From assembly GCA_043228905.1 (NCBI GenBank), contig JBHGNT010000003.1, positions 9,052,001-9,116,000 of the forward strand: a stretch of DNA of 64,000 bases. Reading direction: 5' to 3'. A program made the position numbers and the translations under genes. The stretch's first letter is position 1. Every line of letters begins with the position of its first letter. The notes beneath the pieces were generated by a model that did no database searches, had not been told where the DNA came from, and saw nothing but the letters and a program-made list of their open reading frames with translations. This document shows, piece after piece, positions 13,210-26,329 of the stretch. This stretch comes from Azolla caroliniana. Lineage: Eukaryota; Plantae; Polypodiophyta.

Positions 13210-13334
13210 TAGGGATCGGCAACAGTTCAGTTTAGGCTTAGCCGGTTTGGCTTGGATCAGGCCAAACCGGCTAAGCCAAAACCGTTTTGGGGATCTCAAA
13301 CCTGAACCGAACCGGTTTGGTAAACAGCTTGGAA

Positions 13335-13395
<61 letters not shown>

Positions 13396-13573
13396 CTTGT
13401 CTGTTGTCTCCCATCCTCTCTCTCTTTCTCTCGCTCCCTCTCTCTCTCGCTCAAGTTTCTAAACAGCTTATCCGGCTTAGCCGACTTGAGCCGGTTTGGC
13501 GAGGCTCAAGCCAAGCCGCTAAGCCGGCTAAGCCAAACGGTTTAGGCTTGAGCCGAGCCGTTGCCAATCCCTA
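13210..13573. mobile_element. hAT-type MITE
   Basis: TIRs TAGGGATCGGCAAC / GTTGCCAATCCCTA, imperfect 8-bp TSD ATACTTAC / GTAGTTAC, internal (CT)n and palindromic subterminal repeats. Confidence 0.85.
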
Positions 13574-14149
13574 GTAGTTACCCATTCACTGAAAGTAAAA
13601 ATAAAAATAAAAATAAAATAAAGAAGTGTCCCTGTGAATGTCCCAAATACTCAAAGCGAGAGAGATAGAGAGAAGGAACAATTATGGCCATTTCATGTAC
13701 CACCCAAAGTGGTGCAATGTATCAAGATACCCATGTTATTATATTTTTTACCACCACTCCCATGGACTAAGCAGACATGAGAAACATTGTTGCAACTTCT
13801 TCAGTTCATGTTGTGATGGATGGGAGAAACATGGAAGTTACATGTATTTCATAGGATCATTTGGTCACTCTCAACTAGTTAGGTGGTGCAACAATATTGG
13901 ATTTGGAAATGCATTTGATGGCAACATACAATTATCGTTTTTTGAGTGGGCACTATCAAGTGAGCAAGAACTTTGTAATTCATTACAAAATGAATTACTC
14001 ATTTTTTCTCGAGTGTTACATTAGCATGGAAAAGAGAAGTTAAGGTCTCAATTGAATCTTTTATTTTGATTGGAGGTTGTAGATTTGGGAGATGTGGTTG
14101 ATAATGAATTGCAAAGATTATCAAAATTTGAAGATGTCAAACGATGGGT

Positions 14150-14950
14150 GTATATCCCCCAAATTATGGATTTAATTAGGATAAATTACAAGATATACCA
14201 TTGTTGCATGCAATCTTTGCCAATGAAAACAAATGTTGCGCCTTGGTGGATTGGTAGTTAAAGGGATGGTATTGTTGGCATAAAAGGCCGACTTCATCTG
14301 ACCATACACTCCAACAAGTACACGCTTATTATAGGTCAAAACAAATATATCGTATCTTCATGCAATGGCATTACTATCTTGGCTATTACCTAAAGAAGAA
14401 AAGGTGTGGAATGTATGTAAGTCAAATGCAAGGTGGTAGCAAATATTGGAACGTGCTTGGCATTTTTGTCATTTCGTGCAAAGGTATTCATATGGAGAGT
14501 CATGATTGTTGGGCTCCCATTAGGTTAGCCTTAAAGAGACCAAGACGAGGGTCAAGTACACGCTTCTTTTGCACCATTCTGTTGGAGGATAGCACATAGA
14601 TTGATTAAATTTCCTATAGCGCATATCATTTGGAAGTACTTATTGGATATTTGGCAAGTTCTTAACTCCTTATTTGCGGCCTCAACAATGGGTTTTTTCT
14701 CAGTATGTTCAAAATGGTCCAAGAGAAGACCTAGAGATATTGTTCCATTTGTTAGAATATGGGACTACAACACAATTGGAATATGTGTAATGCTTTCATG
14801 TTTGATATGTGAAAGCCTATACGAAGAAATTGAAAGGCATTGTTATGTAGAGCATGTGGGGATCATTTCCTCAAGTGCATATTTAGGTTTTCTAATGGCT
14901 TTAGAGGATGTCCCTCTCCCTATATAGGTTGGTTTAGGAGACTAAAAAGT
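14150..14950 (+). mobile_element. Decayed L1 LINE 3' ORF2 fragment
   Basis: Trp-rich zf-RVT-like fragments such as PIAHIIWKYLLDIWQVL. Confidence 0.45.
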
Positions 14951-16253
14951 TGTAACAAGTAAATTTTACATTTCAAGAATCAAAACAATATTAAGCCATA
15001 AAAAAATCAATAACACGTTTAGACCAAAGTGGTTAAGCCTTAAACGATTTAGGGTTTGGTCGCTTCAGCTCAATTCAAGTTTGAACTCTTCTAAACCAAT
15101 GAAGGCTTAACTAGTTTGTCTAATGCATAGCTAAATTGGTTAAGCTAAAATCGATCCCTTGCCAATTCCTACTTCAAACTATCAATTTTGATTCGAAACT
15201 TTCAAGCCTTGAAGACAACGATTTTTGTTTAAATGTTCTCTATTTACTTTGTTCATGAATTTCATTAATTATTGAGGCTACTTCCATTTTGAACAAGTGC
15301 AACTACCTGTTGCAGGTTTTTAGCTATCTTTGTTGGTGCTAAGGTTTAATCCTTTAAGTATTACCAATGTTAACAATAACATTTTTAATAAAAGTTTAAA
15401 TTAATCTTTGTTTGAAACTTGAAATTTTCTTCAACGGTAAATTGAAAATTTTGAAGGCTCATCTGTGTTTTATCCTTGTACCATTAAATGAAAGCTAATG
15501 CCTCCACAAAAGTGAGAGTTCTAATAACCTTTATACTATAGTCTAGTAAGAGAATCAGTGCCTAAATGAATATGTGATTTCAATCATGGTATTACAAACA
15601 AGTTCCTATAAAACAAATCTATAACGTAGCATTGTGAGCGGCTACAATCATAAATTTCTTTACACTTCATTCGTGAAAATAAATATTTTCAAGCTCAGAC
15701 ACAAACGGGCAGATTTCCTAATTACGTTCACCTGTATTACAATACTAATGATTCAAGTTGTATGAATTCAGAGAGATCTGCAAGGGAAGCACTAGTTTAA
15801 TGATCCTACATTTTTTCTCCCACTTTATGACAACGAATACTTGGAATAGAATGTGAGCTACCAAAAAAATAAGGATTACACAACGTACACGAAAACTAGC
15901 GTGTTACCATAATGTATACATATTTGTGTCTTCCCCACATGATGTATTTAAATTGATGTGTGTTCCGATTTCCAGCACTATTGATCTTTCATACATTCAT
16001 AACTGTTACATCTATTTCCTTGAACTTTTCAATGTTGGTATGGGACCCATCACCAGAGTACCTATTGAATGTGTTGAAAATTCAAGAACATACACTTGTG
16101 ATCATCAAAAACACAACTATCTGGCCCAGGCATCTATAAGAAGAAACTGATTGTGTAATTCTATACCACCCAAGATTTTTTTTTGAATTGATGCTTGGCT
16201 GGACCTTCTCAATAGAGATTTCAGAGGATTTCAAGTCTCAATTTCTATGTTGT

Positions 16254-19200
16254 TTACTTCAGCTTTGATGAAGATAACGTGGGCAAGATCCATGTGAATA
16301 GCCCTTCTTCATTATTCTTTCTTTTTACTCCTTTTGCTCCATAATCAATCAATAAACACCAGAGATCACCAACTGACCAATTCTCATTTCTTATCCACTC
16401 AGTTATTTGTTGTAGGTTGTGAGTGTGGCTGCCACCAAAGGTATAGTAGTGTAGAAACGGGCGTCCAGCCTATAAAAGAACAAATTCATGTAAAAAAGAA
16501 AACACCAAGGCTAAATAAAATCAAAGACTAAAGTGTCCCAAAATACATCATTTCTAAAAAAGAAAACACCAAGGCTAAAGCTCCCTTGCAAAGTGCACAA
16601 TACATCATTGCTCTTGGTTGGTTGCTATAATTGAAAACTTCTTGTGTTTTCTAATCTTAGTTAGTTGCCTTCTCTCAATTCTCTCTTTTCGGCCATTTTG
16701 GCCTCTTAAAAGACACTGCATGAGAAAGGCACATGGTACAGTCCACAAAGCAAACAATAAATTCTCCTTTTATGCGCTCTTCTTTCCTTAACAAGGTCTT
16801 GGAAGGTCAATATGTGATCTAAAGTGGTGAGCCCCTTTCAGAAACCTACCAGTCTCGCTGAACGGACATTTCTTTCAGCCCATGCAATCATTCAGACTCT
16901 AGGATCAAGCCATATAGTTTAGCAAAGTAATGGTTGATCATGATTGTCCTAGAGTTATTGGCTATCATGGGATCATCCTTCTTGATGATGGGTACAATGG
17001 TATGTTCTGTCCAACTGGCAGGGAAACCTAGGAATGACTTTCTATACTCTTTTACTTTCTTGTCCTCGGAATGACTTGTGTACACCTTTGCTGCAACTTT
17101 AGCCAAATCTGATATTTTATTCTGCACAAGGCGTTGGAAGGCTGCTTTCACTTGTTTCTGTGTACGAAATCCCCAGATGACTTCTTATGCAAGAGCTTCT
17201 ATTGTATCACCAGCACTCCTCGTTATACCAACTATTTTGTATTCATTATGGTCACCTTACTTTGACGCTGTACCACAAAATAAACAAACAAAGAGAAAGA
17301 CAGAATGCAACCGCACAAATAAAAAATTGATGTGATCACCTGAGAAGCTGCTATCCATTGCAACAAGCTTTTCAGCTCCACATCACCTCCGAAGGCTCCA
17401 CAACCCCAATTTCCAGTGGCTATTCCTGTCGTGCATTCTGTTGGTGGGAATTCTAAAACTACTGCATCTTCTATGATGGTATGACGTTCTTCTACAGTAT
17501 ATGATGCTTCCAATCCTACCTCCATAGAACTTTGATCTTGTAGTATTGATGTTTCATTTTTTTCTTTAGTCGTTTCATATGCCTGTAATGTCATTAATAT
17601 GAAACAATCAAGCTCGCATCATCGTGAGTACATGTACATACTCCAACGAAGCAGATATGTATGTTCTATCTCAACAGAAAAATGTATATGGCCAAGAAGA
17701 ATACCTACTTCAAAATAACCCTTTAAATGGTTCTCCGCATGATCCAAGAACCCACAAAATGCTTTGTTTGTTTCTCTATGAGGAAAGAAGAAAAAGAATG
17801 CTCATATTCATGCTTTGTTTGTTTCTCTATGAGAAAAGAAGAAAAAGGAAGTTCATATTTCAGTATCGGTAAATAAAGACTCTTCTTACCACATTATGAC
17901 ATAGCTAGAGTTTGTTTCACTTGCGGCTTAATATAACATAGATATCTAGATAATATGTCATTTCAAAAAGAATATCTAACGTCTTGGCATACAGCACAAA
18001 AGTGATTGCTTCTAGAAATAAGATTAAATCAGGCACGTCACCTAAGAATACGTGCTTCCTTGAATTGATTTCGTCCAGGTTTCATCAAAGCATCTATTCC
18101 TACAATATAAGTTTCTCTGCGTCGAAAAGCATCTGTAGACTTTCGATCAACATAATTACCTCCAAAGGAGAACGTGGACGCATACCTGAAAGAAGAAAAA
18201 ATCAATGTACAAAAGAAGCAAACTGTTACCTTTATATATTCTCAATGCTGCTACATCCATTACTTGGTTTAGTTTAGTCTGCCACAGATACTACAGGCTT
18301 CAAAAATGAAAGTCATACCCATCATATTTGCTGAACCGCTCTGCACCCCTAATTTCAATAGCCTCATTATCATGCATCCGAGATATGAACAGCATCCCTA
18401 CAATCAACTCAGGACTGATCACAAATCGGATCTCCTCCTGCATTAAAGATTATTACATTAGTTCTATGTAGCAAAATATGACAAGCTTATTCACAGAGTA
18501 AACAAGTACGAAATCATGCATAATCTACATTAGGAGGAAATATTAAGGATAGAGCCCATATGTGGACAGTTTTGGCTATGTACAGCCTAAATTGCTATAT
18601 TACTGACGCAAGATCTGGGGTATATGGATATATTTAAGGTATAGCTAACCTCTTGAGAATTTCCATTTATTCTTCTACTTTTCTCCTGATCTAGAAGTGC
18701 AACAAGCTAGAGCTATTTCAAAGGTGTGTGTGAAGTGTAGTACAGATACACCTAGACCTCTAGCAAGGCAAATGGCATTGGCACAGGGAACAAGGAGAGT
18801 AAATCAAAGCCTCCTATTTCATTAATCAGTTCTTTATGGTAATTAAAACCTATTGAGCATTAGATCCTAGCAGGAAATACGTGAATTTATTACTAACAAG
18901 ATACTAATTGTCAGATAATCATTATATGTAACATAAGTTTAGTTTGGAACTTAAATATAGCATGTTTAACGATACATGAAAGAAGTACGTAGACTGCACA
19001 TGAATTATTTGCATGAAGTTAGCTAAACAAGTCACCATATGCTAGCAAACAGTTTAATTGTGCACAAGTCACGCAAGGAAAGATATGAGGGGAACACAAA
19101 GAAATGTACATATTTCAATTCTCCAAGACTTTCAAACATGCAAAAATTCAACCTGTACACACCTCAGAAGAGCACACCACCTCCTAAATATTGACTTGCA

Positions 19201-22200
19201 AAATCAATTTAAGCTAGGTAAACAAGTTCTCATATAAGCATGCTAACAAAATGGTAGTTGTGCACGTCACACAAGAAAAGAAATGAAGAGAATACAAAGA
19301 AATGTATATATTTCAATTGTCCAAGAGGTACAAAAATGCAAAAATTCAACCTGTACACACCCTCGGAAGAGCACACCACCTCCTAAATATCGATTTGCAA
19401 AATCTACTTCCAAAGCATTTGAACATTGATCCTCAATTGCCCCACTCTCAAAGACCTGTTCAAAGTAAGTCTTAGAATAACCAATTCAGAACCATATTTA
19501 TGAGAGTTTTCCTATAGATCTTGGATTCTTGGTTACCTTCACAGGACAAAGAGGAAATGATGAATTTGTCCAAAAGCTTCCATCAGGCTCTGAAATTGGA
19601 GAAAATACTACACAACCTTCCTGCCGAGGTAGTACTTTTCTCTCATAGGAAATCACTCCACTTGGCACAGACTCACACACGCGAGAAAAGTAATTCATTA
19701 TGCAGTGAATTTTATTTTCTTGTTGTGGGTCCATATTGCTGAAACCAGAAATTCAAAGACATATTGAAATTTTAGGTCAAGCCAGATCATGTTAAAGCTC
19801 TATGAAAGAGGAAATCAATATTAACATATTTCTTTAAATTCAGGTCACCTGAATAATCCATCAAAGTTGAAATATGGTAATCCTGCTTCCTCTCTTCCTT
19901 TTGATGGATAAATACAAAAGAACGCACATGCTAAAATTGAAGCAGCTAACTCCTGTGACAAATGTTGAAACCAAAGGTTAGCTATAAATAGTAAAAATTG
20001 TTTTATATCATACAAGACGTGTGATCACATTTTCAGCCGCCTCAAGTAATGATTTGGTCTGCCCAAGTTATAATTCACTATATAAATAGGTGTTGAAAAT
20101 CACTGTCTTATAATTCCATCTACTTGTCTCTCAACAAGTATATCTGTGAAAATCACATTATTTAAGAGGCATAAAAGAAAAGAAAACTCATGAGTACTGT
20201 CTCCATAAAATTTGCATATTTTATGATATATGTTTTAGAATACTTTGAAGCATTTAACACGTACAAGACCTGCCATTTCAAAATGCTCCATATGTTTAAC
20301 ATATTCTAAGTATTCGACATATTTAACAAGTACTTTACGTTTCCTAAAAATATAAATAAATAAATAAACAATAACAAATATGAGAAGTATTTAACGTATA
20401 TAAGATATTGTATGCATTTAATCTTTAGAATACATATTTTAAGTTTTTTCTAAAAAGGCAGAATACTTCCATACCATATGCATTGTAGCTGTATTGTATT
20501 TTACAACTATAATCCTCCCTAAGCACAACTAGTTCCAAAAGTAGACTGAAAACAGATGCTTTATGGATATGGAAAAGAAAAACTTTCCTATCCAAGAGAA
20601 GGGCACTCAAGGGTGACAACATATTTAGATGACAATCTCACACTGGCTCAAGTAGCACATCGCAAAGAAAACTTGCCATGAGTGTTTGTTGCAAGGAAGG
20701 AAGGAAAATGGGTTGTCTATGGCTCTCTAAGGACAGATGCCAGGTATTTTGAAGATACCTTCAAGAACACAGATATTGCTATGTATATAGGGCCCCATCA
20801 ATCCATTGCTAAGAGGCTCCTCAATGCACAAGGTTAGCTAAATCAGGAGACAATTGATTTGTATAATTGTGAAAAATATAATGGCATGCTAGAATTGGAT
20901 CCTTTCACATCCCTATACAAAGTTATATAAGAATTATCAAAATCATTGCATACAGCAGCAACAAATTCCTTTCCCCACACAACAAACAATGCACACAAAC
21001 CTGGACGAGCCATACAAAATAGTTGGTATGATAAGGAATGTCATGACACAAGGAGATGCTTGCAACACGAAGCAACTCTTGGGATTTAGATACAAACAAG
21101 CAAGAGTAACCTTCCAACACCCCATCAGGAAGAAGACGAGATCATATTTAGCTAAATTTGAAGTACATGTGTATCACTTGTTCCGAGAAAAGAGAGTAAA
21201 AGAGCATGGAAAATGATTAATGAGAGGCAGCCTATCACACAATTGATCTCACCTCAAATATGGCACAGACATGCAAAGGAGCTATATGATATCCCTGGGC
21301 AGCCCCCAGTCCGCCACACCCACATGACTCCACCTTTTTTACTCTACAAAATTTAAGAAACAACATTGAATGGTTACAAATTGGGAGGTCCCAAGATCAT
21401 GATGCATTTATTGGTAGGTGAGCACTTTATCTATGCCCATGACATCTTGCTTCCATTGCTACCATACATCTTTAATAGATGAGTGTGTGAAGGTTTCCAT
21501 ACTAGTTGAACAGAACATATCATTGTGCCAATCTTCAAGACCTGAAACCCCACGATCCTAAGCAATTATAGGACAATCATGATTGACCATTACTAGGCTA
21601 AATATATGGCTGCTTCCTAGAGTTAGAATTGAGTATATGGGCAGAGAGAAATGGCTTCAATTCAGCTAGACAAGCAGGCTTTCAGAAGGGGTTCACAACT
21701 TTGGATCGCATATTCACCCTCCCAAGCCTTATCGACGAGGGCAGAGCCATAATAAGACAATTTATTGTTGCTTTGTGGATTTCTGAAAAGCCTTCGACAC
21801 TATAACACGCGTTTTGCTCAGCAGCAGCTAGAGGCCCTTGGAGCCCCTATAGATATGCAATGGGAAATCTATGCACTGTATGAATCCGTGTCAAGAAAGG
21901 TTTGGCCTCCCAATGGGTTGCCAGAGTCTGTGCTAGCACAATTGGAGTAAAACAAGGATACCCAGTACCACCTACTTACTCTCTTCGGTGTCTATATAAA
22001 TGAGATATCACATCACATAGAGAGATTCAGCGGTTCGGGAGCATGCCTAGAAGTTATAGCCATACAAATATTACTATATGTGGATGATATTATGCTGATC
22101 TCCAAAAATCCAGAGAGACAAAGACATCTAAATGCCTTGAAAGTAATTTGTACAGACAAAGGTTTGTCAATAAACATAAATAAAACTAAAGTGATGATAT

Positions 22201-25200
22201 TGTGCTCATCTCCGACACTATGGAAGGGCACAAAGACGTTTAAATGGCTTAAATGTATTTTGCACGAACAAAAGTTTGTCAGTAAACATAAATAAAACTA
22301 AAGTGATGATGTTGAACACCACGAAATCATGGGTAGCAAGATCAGAACCAGTATGCTTCTTGGGAGAAGAAAATGTCGCATACACACAATCCTACAGAAA
22401 TATAGGAGTAACTTTGACACGGCCTCGGTTACCCTTCAGGGAAGCTGCTTGTGCTCGACATTCTCGTGGATATGCAACCCTTGGTGCTCTTGAAAATAAT
22501 GTGCACATTTGCAGTTCCAAGATCCACACACTATATTGGGTCTATTTGATACACTTGTCACACTAATTCTTCTCTATGGAGTAGAAATCTGGGGGCCAAG
22601 TCTTAACAAGACAACTAACTAGAAAGATTTCCAGAAACATTTAGTCGCAATGACTGCCCGCATGATAAGGAGCAAATCATTGGTGCCCACGTAATATAAT
22701 CCAAGCAGATATGAGAGCCCAGCCCCAGTAATCAACGAGGCAAACAATGAACAGTGTCCAACAGCTTTGGGAGCTCCCCAAACAAAGGGACTCAAGGTTA
22801 GCACTTATGTCATCAAAACAACTTGAGGAACATGGAGATATTCGTTGTTGGTATGCTGAAATGCAACAATGGTTCGAATCACATTGCATAATCATAAATG
22901 CACTACCGCTACTCCAATGTAGCTTGGATTGTCCCCATCTAAACATATCCAAAGTGGAAATGAATTGAGTGATCCAATCTGATCTTATCAACTGGGAAAA
23001 CACAAAAAACATAGACCAGGCCCACAACTTGGCAAAGTTAGAGATCGAGGTAGACAGATATTCATGAATACTTTTAGAAGAAAGAATTTGCCAGTTGTGT
23101 CATTAGGAGCGGAATATGACAAATATTGTGTTTGTCATTGCATTGTATACCATTGCCTCTATAAGTGAGGCTTTGTCTCACTACATAAGGTAATGGAATG
23201 TGAGGTTTGACGGTGCTAGGGGCTTGGGGCTTTCCTTGTTAGAACTCAAGAGACACGGGGAGAAGTTGTTGAAGGACAGCAATACAGCCACACAAGCTCA
23301 TCAACAAACAATAACCACAGCTTTCCCCATCCCTATAGTTTGCAATTAAGTGATATGACTCATCACGATCTGGCAATAGGAGTTGTACTTATCATTGCTG
23401 GTCACATGTACAGAAATAATTTTGGATTTCGAACTGTTGTTCTATCTTTTCATCTCCAAGTTCCTCAAACTACATAACAAGAAAGTTGACCAAATCTATG
23501 AACCTCCCTAAACAGACAGAAAATGGTCAAAAAGATGAATACAAACCATGTTTTGTCTTTCTAAACTCATAGATCTTAATTACCAATCTACTCATACCTA
23601 CATATTAGAATGATAGTATAGCATAGCAATCATTCGTCCAAATCACTTCCTTATTCCCAAATCAATCTCAAATGCAAATATGAACATAGAAAGAATATTA
23701 ACACCTATTATTGTAGCTTTTCTCTCTAGGACACTGCCAAATGAGTAATTCACAACCCTTGATCTATTACTTAATTCAACAAAGCCAAAAGTAATATCAG
23801 CTAGCCATTCCAAGAATCAAGAAGATTCAACAACTTCTAAACAAGCTGCCTTACTCCATATTAAAAGAAAATCTGTATCAATACATAATTAAGCAGATAA
23901 AAAAAGTATTAAGAGGAATTCAAAAGAATTATGAAATGCTTTTAATCAATATATCAACTATACATATATAAAATCTAAGAGCTGAAGGGTTGCATAAAGT
24001 AAAACTGCACCTAAACGACTAACAGGATAAAAATATTGGGGACACAAGTACAAGTAAAAACACAACCTTGAACAGCAAGGACACCCTAGATAAAATGCAC
24101 TATAGTGCTATAAGTTAAATGCAAGACACTGAATTCTAGGAAGTTGAAACTATATAGCACATCAAATGGCAAAAATTGAAAAGAACAGTTCGGCTGCCAC
24201 TCAGTTGCTGCAAATGTCAATCGGGTCTACCACTGAGAGAAAAAAGATTTCACTAGATTTGGAAAGAGACAAACTCTTACTTGGGTTAAAAATACAATGC
24301 CTGCTTCTTGAGGCTTTAGAACACGTAAGGAAACTTCTCCAAATGTAGAAACAGGATGAATAAATTCAATATTGGAGCAATTAGGCAGCAATTCTGGAAG
24401 ACGCAATGCCAGGTTTCCCATGCATGGCAGCACATTTTCAAAAAAGTTTTGGGCATCTTCACGTTTAATAAGCTGGAAGGAACAAACAAAGAAAAGTGAA
24501 TTTCTTGATCACTTTGTTCATTAAATACAGCATAACATAAACTATAAGAAAATTTATTAATAAAATAGTATGCTCAAAATTTCATAAGAACCATATTGTA
24601 GCTGCTAGGGATTCTAATTCAATCAGTTTAAAAGCTACCTCTACCTGCTACATGCTAATTTCACCAGCAACAGTGAGCACTAAAAAGCGAGGATCATATA
24701 ACAAAACTGAGAGAGAGTAGTGAATACAATATATGTTCAAATTCTCATATTCCCTATCCAGCAACATTGTAACTTCCTAGGATTCAACAGCCATCAATTG
24801 AAAGGCACAATCAATAGAATAGTATTTTGATAAGCTCTATCAGGGGCATTATGACTTCTTAGGAATCTATAATCATTTTAAAGGTTATCTATAGTATATG
24901 CTCACCGCAGGCTAAATTTGTTGGCAACAGTTGGGCCTTTAGTTTGAGGATTCGCATGTAACTAACTTCCTCCATTTTAGGGACAATATATATTCTATTC
25001 AGCTGGTAGCAAAAATTTTATTAACAATAGTTGGCATTACAATTTGAGGGCCATAGTGTAGCTAATCTTGTCCATTTTGGGAATGCTATATGATCTATTT
25101 ATTTGGTAGCAAATATTTCACCAGAAATAGTTGGCGCTACAATTTGTACACATAATGTAGCTGATCTTGTGCTTTTGGAGAACAATGTATGATCTATTTG

Positions 25201-26024
25201 TCCGGTAGGAAACCAGCAATAGTTGCTAAACCAGTTTGAGGAATATACCACTTTCTCGTGGACAACATTCAACATGAATCATTCCACATAAAGGTTGCAA
25301 AGATGACAAAAAATGTTATATATAATCAAAATACAATGGCATACCACTTTTTATGGACGAAATTATACATAATGAGCTTACATCAAGAAATCCACTTTCT
25401 TGGGGACTACATACAGTAAGAAACATGGCTTTTCAAAGGTAGCACTTGTTTCAACACTAACAAAATGAACTTACATCATATCATCAAAACACAGTGTCTT
25501 ATATTGGTTTCAAGGGGAGTTTCCTTTATCTCATCGAATGTCCCTCACAGTCCCCTATTCATCCAAATTCTCTTGGTCAAACACCCTCTCGAGAAATTCT
25601 ATATGTGCTCTTTGGAATTCCCTTTTACTATGTTTCAGGGGTCATCCTGTTAAGGACCTTTGAGGAAATAAATAACTAAAGCCTAGGGTATTCGAGGAAA
25701 GAACGAAACAATCAAGTTACATCATTGAGAATGCAAAGCTCCAAAGACAACAACACCAAACAGCAAAAAATTTGGGCTTACATCATCAAAATACAGCCTG
25801 ATACCATCCAAGGGAGCATCAGGGAGGGGGGGAAGCCCACTCTGTTCACGAAGGTCTTGGATGAGGTCACAGAGGGGTTGGGAGCCATCGATGTCGCTCT
25901 TCGGAGGTCCAAGAACGATGGTTTTGAGGGCGTGGTAGAGGTCATCGGACCACATCAGAGCGCCGGTTTTTGATCTGTGGAGGGGGGGGAGGAAGGGCAA
26001 GATGGAGTTGTTGAGGTTGACCAT
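16254..26024 (-). CDS. PARG: Poly(ADP-ribose) glycohydrolase, 10 exons, 544 aa
   Basis: Exons with GT-AG borders and consistent phase: 26024-25782, 24472-24281, 19952-19849, 19738-19537, 19455-19351, 18437-18319, 18185-18042, 17775-17709, 17582-17340, 16469-16254 (1635 nt). The translation contains [40 protein letters not shown] (catalytic GGG-x6-QEE), [22 protein letters not shown] and WSVGDLW, colinear with plant PARG1. Confidence 0.93.
16700..17250 (-). mobile_element. RTE-X-like LINE RT fragment in PARG intron 9
   Basis: [45 protein letters not shown], homologous to 29540-29700. Confidence 0.75.
20600..23330 (+). mobile_element. Decayed RTE-X-like LINE in PARG intron 2
   Basis: FRRVH...DFxKAFDT-like segment, [18 protein letters not shown] (locally duplicated), LYGVEIWG. 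The left boundary is approximate. Confidence 0.75.
23337..23429 (+). pseudogene. psaB: Plastid psaB fragment (NUPT)
   Basis: Translates [31 protein letters not shown], matching Psa[34 protein letters not shown] rather than NWG indicates psaB rather than psaA. Confidence 0.8.
24915..25245. repeat. Degenerate tandem repeat of about 100 bp, about 3 copies, PARG intron 1
   Basis: AATAGTTGG...ATTTG...TGTAGCTAATCTTG...TATGATCTATTT...GGTAG recurs every 100 bp or so. Confidence 0.7.
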
Positions 26025-26329
26025 GTCTGGTTTCTGATCTGTGTGGGGAGGGGAGAATCTCAGCACGATTTCCAGATTCTCTGTGATCTTTCGTTCATTC
26101 GATTGCGACTGTGTTCGATCAGAAATGATATAATCTCTCTGTACATATATGATATGAGTGAAAGAGTGCAGAGAAGAAGACTTGAAGAACTCAGTTAAGT
26201 ATATGTACATATAAAGAGTGAAAGAATGAAGAGAAGACTCAATAACTCAACTAAAACATAATAAATATGCTTTTCTACATATGTATATGATATGATTGTG
26301 CTCAGTGACCACTTTTATACAAGCCCTGA

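Larger units (their letters stand above)
12860..15171. mobile_element. Old hAT-type element with nested insertions
   Basis: TIRs TAGGAGTCGGCAA / TTGCCAATTCCTA; 8-bp TSD CTTCAACC / CTTCAAAC. Confidence 0.72.

Noticed and set aside
16380-16445. Apparent frameshift in the last PARG exon
   Set aside because: Re-reading gives [16 protein letters not shown] in frame.
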